NCBI GenBank assembly: GCA_963708135.1 | Contig: OY970192.1 | Location: 5,381,953 to 5,445,952, forward strand | DNA length: 64,000 bases | DNA from: an uncultured Gemmatimonadales bacterium | GTDB taxonomy: Bacteria; Gemmatimonadota; Gemmatimonadetes; Longimicrobiales; RSA9 | Reading direction: 5' to 3' | In this document: positions 49,653-59,681 of the stretch, piece after piece | How the letters are laid out: every line of letters starts with the position of its first letter | Numbering within the stretch: the first letter of the stretch is position 1 | Notes under the pieces: model-generated | The model's database searches: none | What the model saw: only the letters and a program-made list of their open reading frames with translations | What the model was told of the DNA's origin: nothing | Program-made: the position numbers and the translations under genes

Positions 49653-50837
49653 GTGGACCGGCGCACGCTGCACCGGAGGATCCGGATCGTGTGGGCGAGC
49701 CTGGGGAGCCTGTCGGTGCTCCTGCTGGCGCTCTCCTTCCAGGCGCACGGGCTGCCGGAGGGCACGCTCGAGAGCGGACCGAAGGTGCGCGTCGCGCAGC
49801 TCGACGACCGGATCACCTTCCGGCCGACGGCCGGCGCGGCCTCGAGCGGGCTCATCTTCTTCCCCGGCGGGATGGTGCAGCCGAAGGCGTACGCGCCGCT
49901 GGCGCGCGCGGTCGCGGAGGCGGGGTATCCGGCCACCATCATCCGTCTTCCGTTCCTCGGCCGCCACGCGCCGACGCGCTCGTCGCGCGCCCAGGCGCTG
50001 GAGCGGGCGCGGCGCTTCATGGCGGCGGAGGACCCCGGGCGACGCTGGGTGATCGCGGGCCACTCGCTCGGCGGCGCGCTCGCGGCGGAGTTCGCCGACC
50101 GGCATCCGGAGCTGGTCTCGGCGCTGGTCCTGCTCGGCACCACGCACCCGCGCGACATCGACCTCTCGGACGCGGCGTACCCGGTGGTGAAGGTGCTCGG
50201 GAGCCGGGACGGCGTGGCGACGGTCGAGCGCAGCCGCGCGAACGCGGCCATGCTCCCCGACTCGGCGCGGGTGGTGGTGATCGAGGGCGCCAACCACGCG
50301 CAGTTCGGCTACTACGGCCCGCAGCTGGGCGACCATCGCGCCTCCATCTCGCGCGCCGAGCAGCAGCGGCGCGTCGCCGCCACGCTGCTCCGGGTCCTGG
50401 CGCGCGCGGCGGGCGGCCAACCGGGCCTCGGGCTTCTGGATCGAGCTCCATCCCGGGGGGCTCACCGCGGCCTGCCTCCGGGCAACGCGAGTCCGTTCGC
50501 GAACGCCACCCCCCGCGGACAAGGAGCTTTCCGGAATGCGAGCCTTCGCCGCGCTGGCCCTCGCGCTGGTGCTGGCTTCCGGCGCACTCGGGCTGGCCAT
50601 CCGCTCGCGGCGCGTGAGCGCCGTTGTTCAGCTCGTGGGCGCGGCGGGGTTCGTCCTCGTCGCGCTCACGCACGTCGCGGAGGCCCTCGAGCTGCTGCCC
50701 TGGATGGGCTGGGGCCGCCCCGGGAGTCCGGGCCACTATCTCGATCTGGCGGGCGCCGCCGCGGCCGTCCTGTTCCCGGTCGGCTATCTCATCTACGCGC
50801 TGACCAGCCCGGGCCGCTGAGCTGTCAAGGCATCTAG
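49653..50837 (+). CDS. Alpha/beta hydrolase (Abhydrolase_5-like); C-terminal ~140 aa probably read-through
   Basis: IFFPGG, GHSLGG, GSRDG, GANHAQFG; homology appears to end near 50410. Confidence 0.75.
   Translation: MDRRTLHRRIRIVWASLGSLSVLLLALSFQAHGLPEGTLESGPKVRVAQLDDRITFRPTAGAASSGLIFFPGGMVQPKAYAPLARAVAEAGYPATIIRLPFLGRHAPTRSSRAQALERARRFMAAEDPGRRWVIAGHSLGGALAAEFADRHPELVSALVLLGTTHPRDIDLSDAAYPVVKVLGSRDGVATVERSRANAAMLPDSARVVVIEGANHAQFGYYGPQLGDHRASISRAEQQRRVAATLLRVLARAAGGQPGLGLLDRAPSRGAHRGLPPGNASPFANATPRGQGAFRNASLRRAGPRAGAGFRRTRAGHPLAARERRCSARGRGGVRPRRAHARRGGPRAAALDGLGPPRESGPLSRSGGRRRGRPVPGRLSHLRADQPGPLSCQGI
50536..50820 (+). CDS. Small membrane protein (3 TM)
   Basis: AAGGAG RBS; LTHVAEAL..LPWMGWG.PGSPGHYLDL. 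Confidence 0.7.
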   Translation: MRAFAALALALVLASGALGLAIRSRRVSAVVQLVGAAGFVLVALTHVAEALELLPWMGWGRPGSPGHYLDLAGAAAAVLFPVGYLIYALTSPGR

Positions 50838-50860
50838 ACTGCCTGCCGGAGGACGATCGC

Positions 50861-52378
50861 ATGGAATCAGGACGGCTCGGGCCGGGCGACCCCGGCTATC
50901 TCGCGGTGATCGAAAAGCGCTTCAACAAGCGGTTCCGCGCGAGCCCGGATTACGTGCGCCGGGCGGGCTCGACGAGTGAGGTGGTGGCGGCGGTGGCGGA
51001 GGCGGTGCGGGAGCGGCGTCGCCTGGCCGTGACGAGCGGCGGCCATTGCCTCGAAGGGTTCGTGTCGGATCCGGACGTGCGCGTGATCCTCGACCTCTCG
51101 CCGATGAAACGGGTCTACCACGACGCAGCGCTGGGCGCTGTGGCGATCGAGGCCGGCGCCACGGTGGGTGAGGTGTTCCGGGCGCTCTTCGAGGGTTGGG
51201 GGGTCGTGGTGCCGCTCGGAGAGCACCCGGCGATCGGCATGGGCGGCCACGTCGCCGGAGGCGCCTTCGGCTTCCTGTGCCGGCAGCTCGGGCTCGCGGC
51301 GGACTACCTGCACGCGGTCGAGGTGGTCACGGTCGATCGCGCCGGCCGGGCGAGTGCCGTCACGGCCACCCGGGAGCCGTCGGACCCGAACCGCGAGCTC
51401 TGGTGGGCGCACACGGGCGGGGGCGGCGGCAACTTCGGGGTCGTCACGCGCCACTGGTTCCGCTCGCCCGGCGCCGCGGGCGAGGATCCGGCGGGGCTGC
51501 TGCCGCGCGCGCCGGACTCGATCACGACGTTCCGGGCGGAGTGGGACTGGGGCGACATCGACGAGGGCTCCTTTCGGCGGCTGCTCCGGAATCACGGCGC
51601 CTGGAGCGAGCGCAACGCCGGCGCCGACTCGCCCGCGGCCTCGCTGTGGGCGCTGCTCGAGCTGCATCGCGCGCAGTTCGGCAAGGTGATCGTGCGGGGC
51701 GTGAGCACGGCCGGGGCGGACGCCGGGCGGCAGATCGAGGACCACCTCGGGGCGTTGTCGGAGGGGATCGCCGCGCCGCGCGGGCCGGAGATCGAGCGGC
51801 TGTCGTGGCTCGACTTCGCCCTCGATCCCTTGCCCGACCTGTTCGCCGCGCCGCCGGGCGGGGTGAGCGCGAAGGTGAAGGACGCGTTGCTGCGCAGGGG
51901 ACTGACGGAGCGGCAGATCGACGTCGCATACGACTACCTGACGCGGAGCGACCACGACGTCGTGGGCGGGATGCTCGGGTTCGCCACGTACGGCGGGCGG
52001 ATCAACGTCGTCGCCCCGGATGCGACGGCCTCCGCGCAACGGCGCGGGATCCTCGACATGGCGTGCAGCACGGGCTGGCTGGACCCGCGGGAGGAGGCGG
52101 GGAACCTGGCCTGGGTGCGGGCGTTCTACCGCGAGCTGTTCGCCGATACCGGCGGGGTGCCGGTACCCGGCGACGCTTACGAGGGGACCTTCATCAATCA
52201 TCCCGATGTCGACCTCGCGGACCCGGCGCTGAACACATCTGACGTGCCGTGGCCCACGCTCTACTACCGGGACAACTACCCGCGCCTGCAGCGGGTGAAG
52301 GCGCGCTGGGACCCGCTGAACGTCTTCCGGCACGCGCTGTCGATCCGCGGGGATGAGGCGTTCGCGGGCCGTGACTAG
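50861..52378 (+). CDS. FAD-binding oxidoreductase, berberine-bridge-enzyme-like
   Basis: TSGGHCLEGF, WWAHTGGGGGNFGVVT, NYPRLQRVKARWDP. Confidence 0.9.
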   Translation: MESGRLGPGDPGYLAVIEKRFNKRFRASPDYVRRAGSTSEVVAAVAEAVRERRRLAVTSGGHCLEGFVSDPDVRVILDLSPMKRVYHDAALGAVAIEAGATVGEVFRALFEGWGVVVPLGEHPAIGMGGHVAGGAFGFLCRQLGLAADYLHAVEVVTVDRAGRASAVTATREPSDPNRELWWAHTGGGGGNFGVVTRHWFRSPGAAGEDPAGLLPRAPDSITTFRAEWDWGDIDEGSFRRLLRNHGAWSERNAGADSPAASLWALLELHRAQFGKVIVRGVSTAGADAGRQIEDHLGALSEGIAAPRGPEIERLSWLDFALDPLPDLFAAPPGGVSAKVKDALLRRGLTERQIDVAYDYLTRSDHDVVGGMLGFATYGGRINVVAPDATASAQRRGILDMACSTGWLDPREEAGNLAWVRAFYRELFADTGGVPVPGDAYEGTFINHPDVDLADPALNTSDVPWPTLYYRDNYPRLQRVKARWDPLNVFRHALSIRGDEAFAGRD

Positions 52379-52403
52379 CGGCGTTGCTGCGGAGGTGGAC
52401 TGG

Positions 52404-52790
52404 ATGTCGATTCGCATCGTCCGGCTGGGTAGCCCCAGGATCCGCGGCGAGGGCCTGCGCCTGGGCACGGTCCGGCGCCCGCCGCGCGGGGTGCCGAAGG
52501 CGGAGTTCGCATCGCGTGACTTCTACGACGTCTGGCTGCCGGATCTCGCGCCATCGGACGCCCTGGTCAAGCAGGCCCGCAAGGCCTCGGACGAGCGCGA
52601 GTGGCGCGCCTTCACGAAGCGCTACCGCGCGGAGATGAAGCGGCCGGAGGCCGCGCGCCTGCTCGAGCTGCTCGCGGCCCTCTCACACCGGACCGGCCTC
52701 GCCGTGGGCTGCTACTGCGAGGACGAGGCGCGCTGCCACCGCTCGGTGCTCAGGGAGCTGCTGCTGGAGCACGGCGCGGACGTCGTCTAG
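52404..52790 (+). CDS. DUF488 family protein
   Basis: GTVRRPPRGV, DVWLPDLAPS, CYCEDEARCHRSVL. Confidence 0.85.
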   Translation: MSIRIVRLGSPRIRGEGLRLGTVRRPPRGVPKAEFASRDFYDVWLPDLAPSDALVKQARKASDEREWRAFTKRYRAEMKRPEAARLLELLAALSHRTGLAVGCYCEDEARCHRSVLRELLLEHGADVV

Positions 52791-52828
52791 CGGCCGCGGA
52801 GGCGAGGATTGCCACTATGGAGGATCAC

Positions 52829-53281
52829 ATGCCTGATGTGAGCGAGGTCTGGCCGGGGGGCGTGCCGGCCGTGGGGCAGAAGGCGGCCCTCACGCGCGAG
52901 GTGTCGGCGCGCGACATCGAGCTCTTCACCGCCATCTCGGGCGACCGCAACCCGCTGCACTACGACGAGGCGCGGGCGAAGGCGACGCGCTTCGGCGGGA
53001 TCGTCGTCCAGGGCGGCGTGACGAGCGCGATCCTGAACGCCGTCGTGGCCGAGAGGCTGCCGGGGCCGGGCACCGTCTTCGTGCACGTGGACTGGAACTT
53101 CAGGGCGCCGGTCCGGCCGGGGGACTCGATCACGGGCGAGGTGGAGGTGCTGGAGGCGCGCGCCGACAAGCCGGTGACGAAGCTGCGGACCACGGTCACG
53201 CGCGGGGATGGCATGGTGGTCCTGGATGGCGACGCCGTGTGCTATACGATGCCGCTGCCGCGCTCCGGGGCCGGGGCGTGA
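52829..53281 (+). CDS. MaoC-family dehydratase
   Basis: FTAISGDRNPLHYD, LPGPGT, FRAPVRPGD. Confidence 0.9.
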   Translation: MPDVSEVWPGGVPAVGQKAALTREVSARDIELFTAISGDRNPLHYDEARAKATRFGGIVVQGGVTSAILNAVVAERLPGPGTVFVHVDWNFRAPVRPGDSITGEVEVLEARADKPVTKLRTTVTRGDGMVVLDGDAVCYTMPLPRSGAGA

Positions 53282-53769
53282 GAACGGGTGGATCGGAGGC
53301 CGACATCGCCGGCGTCGCATACTTCGAGCGCCTGATGGAGCATGCGCACTGGGCGAATGCGCGCGTGCTGGATGCGCTGCGGGAATCGCCGGGCGACGCG
53401 CGCCCCCTCGCGCTCTTCGCCCACGTCCTGACCACGGAGGCGATCTACCACGCGCGGATGAGCGGACGCGACCCGTGGCCGCAGGACTTCTGGCCGGAGC
53501 TCGGGCTGGACCGTTGCGCGGAGCTGGTGACGGCGAACCGGGCGCTGTACCGGAGCTTCCTCCGCTCGCTGACGGACGACGGGCTCGAGGAGCCCATGCG
53601 CTACCGGAACAGCAGGGGCGAGGTCTACGACACCCGGCTCGCGGACCTGCTGACCCACGTGGCGCTCCACGGCGCGTACCACCGCGGTCAGATCGCGTTG
53701 TCCCTGCGGGCGGCCGGCGCGGAGCCGCCGGTGACGGACTTCATCGCCTGCGCGCGGGAGACGGGATAG
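53278..53769 (+). CDS. DinB family protein
   Basis: HWANARVL, FAHVL, YRNSRG, HVALHGAYHRGQ; start uncertain. Confidence 0.85.
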   Translation: MRTGGSEADIAGVAYFERLMEHAHWANARVLDALRESPGDARPLALFAHVLTTEAIYHARMSGRDPWPQDFWPELGLDRCAELVTANRALYRSFLRSLTDDGLEEPMRYRNSRGEVYDTRLADLLTHVALHGAYHRGQIALSLRAAGAEPPVTDFIACARETG

Positions 53770-54009
53770 ACGAGCGTGTGGAACGGCCCGGACGAGCGGA
53801 CCGCCGCCATCGCCGACCGCTTGGCGCTGCCGCGGGGCGTGGAGGCGGGGCTGCGGCGGCTGCGATGAGATGGAGAGCGGTCGTGGGCGGCGCATCGGGG
53901 GATCCGGCACGTGATGCTTCCGCTGCCGGCGGTCGCCTTCCTATCATGGAGCCCCGCAACGCCGTCCGGCGCGGCGCGGAGCAGCACCGTCCAGCCCCGG
54001 AGGTCGCCC

Positions 54010-54549
54010 ATGTCCCGCAGCACGCGCGCAGCGCTGTTCCTTGCCGCCCTGGCGGCCACCGGCCTCCCGCCCGCCGCGGCGGCGCAGGCGCCCACGCACG
54101 GCCTCGACGCGGTCCGCCCGCTGTACGGAATGGTGAAGGGCTATCTCCTCGCCACGCCCGAGGCGATGCCGGCGGAGAAGTGGGACTACCGGCCGACGCC
54201 GGAGGTGCGCACGTTCGCCGAGATCCTGGGCCACGTGGCCAACTCGAACTTCGGCTTCTGCTCGGCGGCCAAGGGGGAGAAGAACCCGCAGGCGGCCGAC
54301 CTGGAGAAGGCGTCCCGGGACGAGGTCATCGCCGGTCTCACCGCCTCGTTCGCGTACTGCGACGGCGTGTACTCCGGCCTCACGCCGAAGCAGGCCGCGG
54401 AGCCGACGGAGATGTTCGGGATGAAGGGCAACCGGCTGTGGCTGCTGGACTTCAACATGGGTCACGACTTCGAGCACTACGGCAACCTGGTCACGTACCT
54501 GCGCATGAACGGGATCGTCCCGCCGTCCAGCCGGAACGGCGGGGCGTAG
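54010..54549 (+). CDS. Secreted DinB-family protein
   Basis: Signal peptide AAA|Q; YRPTPEVRTF..HVA; H..EHYGNLVTYLR.NGIVPP. Confidence 0.85.
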   Translation: MSRSTRAALFLAALAATGLPPAAAAQAPTHGLDAVRPLYGMVKGYLLATPEAMPAEKWDYRPTPEVRTFAEILGHVANSNFGFCSAAKGEKNPQAADLEKASRDEVIAGLTASFAYCDGVYSGLTPKQAAEPTEMFGMKGNRLWLLDFNMGHDFEHYGNLVTYLRMNGIVPPSSRNGGA

Positions 54550-54598
54550 GCGGACGTCGAGCTGCGCGGGTGCCGAGCGTCCCGCGGTCCGGCGCCTC

Positions 54599-55312
54599 AT
54601 GAGCGACTCCCTCACGGAGGCCCCGATGCACCGGGAACGCCACAGGACCGAGCGGATCGGCTGGCTGAGGGCCGCCGTGCTCGGAGCGAACGACGGGATC
54701 GTCTCGACGGCCAGCCTGATGGTCGGCGTGGCGGCGGCGGAGGCGACGCGCAGCGCGGTGCTGGTGGCGGGCGTGGCGGGGCTCGCGGCCGGCGCGATGT
54801 CGATGGCGGCGGGGGAGTACGTCTCGGTCAGCTCGCAGGCGGACACCGAGCGGGCGGACATGGAGCGGGAGCGCACGGAGCTGGCCGAGGCGCCCGCGGC
54901 GGAGCTGGCGGAGCTCCAGCGCATCTACGTGGGACGCGGGCTGAGCCAGGATCTGGCCCGGCAGGTGGCCGAGCAGATGATGGCGCGGGATGCGCTGCGC
55001 GCGCACCTCCGCGACGAGCTGGGGCTGAGCGAGGTGCTGGCGGCGCGCCCGGTGCAGGCGGCGCTCGCCTCGGCGGCCAGCTTCGCCGTGGGCGCCGGCA
55101 TTCCGCTGGCGGTGGCCGCGCTCGCGCCCCTCGCCAGGCTCGGCCTGACCGTCTCGCTCGCCTCGCTCCTGTGCCTGGCCGCGCTGGGCGCCGTCTCGGC
55201 GCGCGCCGGCGGCGCCCCGCTGGCGCGGGCCATCCTGCGCGTGTGCTTCTGGGGCGCGCTCGCCATGGCGATCACTGCGCTCGTCGGGCGGCTCTTCGGC
55301 GCCGTGGTGTGA
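54599..55312 (+). CDS. VIT1/CCC1 family Fe/Mn transporter
   Basis: WLRAAVLGANDGIVS, SMAAGEYVSVSSQ. Confidence 0.93.
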   Translation: MSDSLTEAPMHRERHRTERIGWLRAAVLGANDGIVSTASLMVGVAAAEATRSAVLVAGVAGLAAGAMSMAAGEYVSVSSQADTERADMERERTELAEAPAAELAELQRIYVGRGLSQDLARQVAEQMMARDALRAHLRDELGLSEVLAARPVQAALASAASFAVGAGIPLAVAALAPLARLGLTVSLASLLCLAALGAVSARAGGAPLARAILRVCFWGALAMAITALVGRLFGAVV

Positions 55313-55393
55313 GCCGGTTGTCCGCCGCCGGCGGGATGGGTCCTGCGCGGCGTACGGCCCGGGCCAGCCGGGACCGGCGGCGGGCCTCCGTCG

Positions 55394-55422
55394 TTGCGGA
55401 CACCTCGCGCGCCGCCTAATAT
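55394..55422 (+). promoter_or_regulatory. Putative promoter for the four-gene envelope operon
   Basis: TTGCGG-N17-TAATAT. Confidence 0.5.
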
Positions 55423-55584
55423 TGCCGGCGTGGGTCGCATCCCGGAGCCGGCTCCGCCGGCCCGGGAGAACCTGTGCGCTTCCTGAGAAACCCGGCCCGG
55501 ACCCCGCGGGCGTGACGATCTCCCGCCCGGCGGCCTGTTCGCTCGCAGTCGCGGTCACCTCCCCCGGTCACGCGAAGGCTCGAG

Positions 55585-56922
55585 ATGCCCAGTCCGCAAC
55601 CCCGACCCGACGTCGCTCGTCGCGGGCCCTGCCGCCCCGTTATCGCGGCGGGCCTCGCCTGTCTCGCGCTGGCCGCGGGCTGCGCGCGGACCGCGCGGGC
55701 GCCGCAGGCGCCCGCCCCGTCCGAGATTCCCTCGCTCCAGGCCCGGCTGGCGGCCGATTCGACGCCGCGCACGCGCACGCTGCTCGCCGCGGCGTACCGC
55801 TCCGCCGGCCAGCCGGAGCGGGCGCGCGCGCTGCTCGAGCCGCTGATGGCCACGGGCTCGGCCGGCCCGGCCGCCCGCTTCTTCCTGGGGCTGGCCTACG
55901 AGGACCTGCACCGCTACGCGGACGCTCGGCGCCTCTACGAGGCGTACCTGCGGGATGCGCGCTCGGACTCGCTGAAGGCGCAGGTGCGCGACCGGCTCGC
56001 GCTGCTCGGCCGCGAGGAGCTGCAGGCGGCGGCACGCGCCGCGCTGGTGCGCGAGACGGAGCTGCGCGGGACGGCGCCGACGCCGCGCACGATCGCGGTG
56101 TTCCCGTTCCTCGGCCGGGGCGATACGACGATGCGGCCGCTCGGGCGGGCGCTGGCCGAGCTGCTGACGACGGACCTCGGGCAGACGGACCGGCTGAAGG
56201 TGCTCGAGCGCGCGCGCGTGCAGTCCCTGATCGACGAGATGAAGCTCGGCGCGAGCGGCCTCGTGGCTTCGTCCACCGCGGCGCGGGCCGGGCACCTTCT
56301 GGGCGCCGGCCGCATCGTGCAGGGCCGCATCGAGCCGGCCGGCGGCGCGGTGGCGCTGCAGGCGCTGCTGGTCCCCGTCGCCGCGGCGGACACCACGGCC
56401 GTGGGCCGGCCGCTGGCCGAGCGGGGCCCGCTGCCCCGGCTCTTCGACATGGAGAAGAGCCTCGCGCTCGGGATCTACGACGCGGTGGGCATACAGCTCA
56501 CCGCGGCGGAGCGGGAGCGCGTGACGCGCAAGGCCACCGAGAACGTGCAGGCGCTCCTGGCGTTCGGCTTCGGGCTGGAGGCGCAGGACGCCGGGCGCTA
56601 CGACGAGGCCGTCCGCCAGTTCCGGCGCGCGGTGCAGCTCGACCCGGGGTTCGCGCTGGCGCGCACGCACCTGCGCGAAGCGGAGCAGCTGGCTTCGGCC
56701 CAGGTCCAGACGCCGGCTTCGCTCACGACCCTGGGCATGGCGGAGCTCGGCCCCGGCCCCGGGCCGGGCCCGGGCCGCGTGTCCGTCTCACGGCTGGACG
56801 TGTTCGACCAGTTGCTCGGCACGGTGCCCGCCCCCGAGATCCGCGATCCCTTCGTCGAGGCGCTCGGCCAGGAGGGGCTGGTGCGCAAGGCGGGCCTGAG
56901 CGTGATCCTGAGGATCCCGTGA
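55585..56922 (+). CDS. Lipoprotein with TPRs and a CsgG/HfaB/TolB_N-like domain
   Basis: Lipobox LAAGC; TPR helices; IAVFPF..LKVLERARVQSLIDE..TAARAGHLLGA; C-terminal TPR. Confidence 0.8.
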   Translation: MPSPQPRPDVARRGPCRPVIAAGLACLALAAGCARTARAPQAPAPSEIPSLQARLAADSTPRTRTLLAAAYRSAGQPERARALLEPLMATGSAGPAARFFLGLAYEDLHRYADARRLYEAYLRDARSDSLKAQVRDRLALLGREELQAAARAALVRETELRGTAPTPRTIAVFPFLGRGDTTMRPLGRALAELLTTDLGQTDRLKVLERARVQSLIDEMKLGASGLVASSTAARAGHLLGAGRIVQGRIEPAGGAVALQALLVPVAAADTTAVGRPLAERGPLPRLFDMEKSLALGIYDAVGIQLTAAERERVTRKATENVQALLAFGFGLEAQDAGRYDEAVRQFRRAVQLDPGFALARTHLREAEQLASAQVQTPASLTTLGMAELGPGPGPGPGRVSVSRLDVFDQLLGTVPAPEIRDPFVEALGQEGLVRKAGLSVILRIP

Positions 56923-56945
56923 GGCGGGTGGGCGCGGGACGCGGG

Positions 56946-58070
56946 ATGCGCCGCGCGGCCACGGCCTGGCTCGTCGCGGGCGCGCTCGCCCTGCCCCTGG
57001 GCGCCGCGGCGCAGTGGGTGCCCGGCGCGGCGGCGCCGCCAGGCGGCGGCGTGGGGGTGACGTACGAGCGTTACAGCTTCGGCAACGCGGAGGGGATCGG
57101 CGTCCGCTCGGTCTCGCTCCTGTCGGTGCCGGTCACGGCGCGGGCCTCGCTCGCGGGCGGGCTGGAGGCCGGCCTGTCGAGCGCATACGCCTTCGGCCAC
57201 CTGGAGCGCGCGGACGGCTCGACCGCGAGCCTCGGCGGGCTGACCGACACGCAGCTCAGCCTGGCGTACGAGACGCCTGGTGGCGGGGTGCGGGTCACGG
57301 CGATCGGCATCCTGCCGACCGGCCACGAGCGGCAGGACGCGGACCAGGCCGAGGTGGCCGGCATCGTGGCTGCCGACGTGCTGCCCTTCGCCATCACGAA
57401 CTGGGGGACCGGCGGCGGGGGCGGCGGCAGCGTGGCCGTGGCGCAGAGCATCGGCGCGACGAACGTCGGCGCCAGCGTCGGCTACGTGGTGGCCGCGCGC
57501 TTCCGGCCGCTCACCGGCAGCACGTTCTACTACCGCCCCGGCGACCAGCTCCACGTGCGCGCCGCGCTCGACCGGACGTTCGGCACCGCCGGCAAGCTGT
57601 CGCTCCAGCTCAGCTATCAGCACTTCGCGACGGACCAGTTCGCCGCCACGAACCTCTACCGCTCGGGCGACCGGCTGCTCGGCATGGGCTCCTACGCGTT
57701 CGCCGTGGGCGCCCGCTCCAGCGCGCTTCTCTACGGCGGGCTGCTGCACCGGCAGCACGGCACCTTCCTCGGCGGGGGCGGCGTGGAGGCCGCGCAGAAC
57801 CTGGCGCTCGCGGGCGGGGCGCTGCGGGTGCCGCTCGGCGGCGCCGTGCTTCAGCCGCGCGCGGACGTGCGCGCGCTCAGCCAGGCCGGCGAGCCGGGCA
57901 CCGGCTACGTCGTCGGCGCGGGCGCCTCGGTGGAGCTCAACGCCGGTGCCGCGACCGTCGTCCCGCTGGTCATGGGGCGCTTCGGACACGCCAACGTGTT
58001 CGCGGGTGAGACGAGCGCCATCACCGGCCTCGAGCTCGGCCTCGGACTGCGGTTCGGGGGGCGGCGATGA
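56946..58070 (+). CDS. Predicted outer-membrane beta-barrel protein
   Basis: Signal peptide AAA|Q; many alternating amphipathic strands; ends GLELGLGLRF. Confidence 0.7.
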   Translation: MRRAATAWLVAGALALPLGAAAQWVPGAAAPPGGGVGVTYERYSFGNAEGIGVRSVSLLSVPVTARASLAGGLEAGLSSAYAFGHLERADGSTASLGGLTDTQLSLAYETPGGGVRVTAIGILPTGHERQDADQAEVAGIVAADVLPFAITNWGTGGGGGGSVAVAQSIGATNVGASVGYVVAARFRPLTGSTFYYRPGDQLHVRAALDRTFGTAGKLSLQLSYQHFATDQFAATNLYRSGDRLLGMGSYAFAVGARSSALLYGGLLHRQHGTFLGGGGVEAAQNLALAGGALRVPLGGAVLQPRADVRALSQAGEPGTGYVVGAGASVELNAGAATVVPLVMGRFGHANVFAGETSAITGLELGLGLRFGGRR

Positions 58071-59602
58071 GCGCGCGGCGTGGGCTCCGGGTGCTGGTGG
58101 CGCTGGCGCTCGCGGCGGCCATCGGCGCATGCGACGCCGGCCGGCTCAGCGATGCCGGCGCGGCCGGACGCACGCGGCTCGGGGTGCGCATCTCGGCCGC
58201 CGACATCCCGATCGGCGACGGCGGCGTCGGTGACGCGTTCCGCAAGGCGACGTCGGTTTCGATCCAGCTGACGCAGGATGGCCAGACGCGGCTCGACCAG
58301 ACCTTCCAGATCGATGCCGCGTCGGGCGAGATCGAGGTTCCGCTGTCGGTCAACCTGAACGCGCCGACCGAGACCATGCTCATGCACGTTGCGCTCGCCA
58401 CCGGCTCCGCGCCGCTCTTCGTGGGCAGCACGACGCTCCAGCTGCGCGCGGGCGAGACGACGCCCGTCGACATCACGCTCACGCCGGTTGCCGCGGCCGT
58501 GGCGATCCGCGAAGCGGGCCCGATCGCCATCACGTCCTACGGCGCGACGACGCAGGTCCATGCCACGGTGCTGTTCGCCACCGGCGACACCATCCCGGGC
58601 ACCTCTCCCACGTGGCGCAGCCTGGACCCGGGCGTGGCCAGCGTCTCGGGCGCCGGGCTGGTCACGGCCCTCGGTGAAGGTGACGCGCGCATCGTGGCCG
58701 CCCTCGAGACCACGGCGGACACCGTCGTCGTGCGGGTCCACGCGCACGTGGCCGCCGTGAGCGTCGCCCCCGCGCGGGACTCGCTTCGCGTGGGCGGAAC
58801 CGTCACCCTCGCCGCGACGGCGCGTGACGAGCGCGGCAACGTGGTCCCGGGCCGCACCGTAGCCTGGTCGAGCTCCGCCCCGACCGTCGCCGTTGTCAGC
58901 AGCGGTGGCGTGGTCACCGCCAAGGGGCTGGGCACCGCCACGATCACGGCGGCGGTGGACAGCGCCAGCGGGACGTCCACGATCGTCGTGGCGTCCGCGG
59001 GGCCGACGGCGCTGACGGACCCGCCGGGGACCGTTTCCGCGACCGACGCGGTATTGAACGGGCGCGTGAACCCGAACGGCAGCGCGACGACGGCCTGGTT
59101 CGAGTGGACGAAGGATACGACGAGCTTCAACGGCGCCAGCTCGTCCACGCCTCAGTCGGTGGGGAGCGGCACGACGCTGGTGCCGGTCAGCTTCAGGGCC
59201 GTCGGGCTCGCGCCGGGCGCGGCCTACAACTACCGGATCGCCGCCTCGAGCGCCGCGGGCACCAGCTACGGTGCCGTCGTGCGCTTCCGGACCGCGCCCG
59301 CCGCGCCCACGGCCATCACGGACTCGGCGACCATCGCCGTGATCTCGGACAGCACGTACGCCGTCTTCTACGGCACGGTGATTCCGAACGGCTTGCCGAC
59401 GACCGCATACATCCAGGTGGGCTTCGACCCGCAGTTCACGGAGTATGAGATCGTGGGACAGACGAGCGTCGGGTCGGGAAGCGATCCGGTGAGCATCAGC
59501 GGATACATGAACATCTTCCCGGGTGAGGTGCTGTACTACCGCACGGTCGCCGTGAATTCTCTCGGCCAGGCAGCGGATGCCGCCGGGTCGATCAAGTATT
59601 AG
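58067..59602 (+). CDS. Ig-like (Big_2) and FN3-like repeat lipoprotein, adhesin-like
   Basis: Lipobox IGAC; two Big_2-like units ([33 protein letters not shown]); two G.V.PNG..TT repeats. Confidence 0.8.
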   Translation: MSARRGLRVLVALALAAAIGACDAGRLSDAGAAGRTRLGVRISAADIPIGDGGVGDAFRKATSVSIQLTQDGQTRLDQTFQIDAASGEIEVPLSVNLNAPTETMLMHVALATGSAPLFVGSTTLQLRAGETTPVDITLTPVAAAVAIREAGPIAITSYGATTQVHATVLFATGDTIPGTSPTWRSLDPGVASVSGAGLVTALGEGDARIVAALETTADTVVVRVHAHVAAVSVAPARDSLRVGGTVTLAATARDERGNVVPGRTVAWSSSAPTVAVVSSGGVVTAKGLGTATITAAVDSASGTSTIVVASAGPTALTDPPGTVSATDAVLNGRVNPNGSATTAWFEWTKDTTSFNGASSSTPQSVGSGTTLVPVSFRAVGLAPGAAYNYRIAASSAAGTSYGAVVRFRTAPAAPTAITDSATIAVISDSTYAVFYGTVIPNGLPTTAYIQVGFDPQFTEYEIVGQTSVGSGSDPVSISGYMNIFPGEVLYYRTVAVNSLGQAADAAGSIKY

Positions 59603-59681
59603 CGGCGCCGCCGCTCCCGGAGCCACGATGGAATCGGCCGCGGCGGCCCGCGCCGCGCAGGCCCTGAACAGGAGGATGGGA

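Noticed and set aside
46500..55312. Integron cassette array
   Set aside because: No RYYYAAC/GTTRRRY attC pairs and no integrase found
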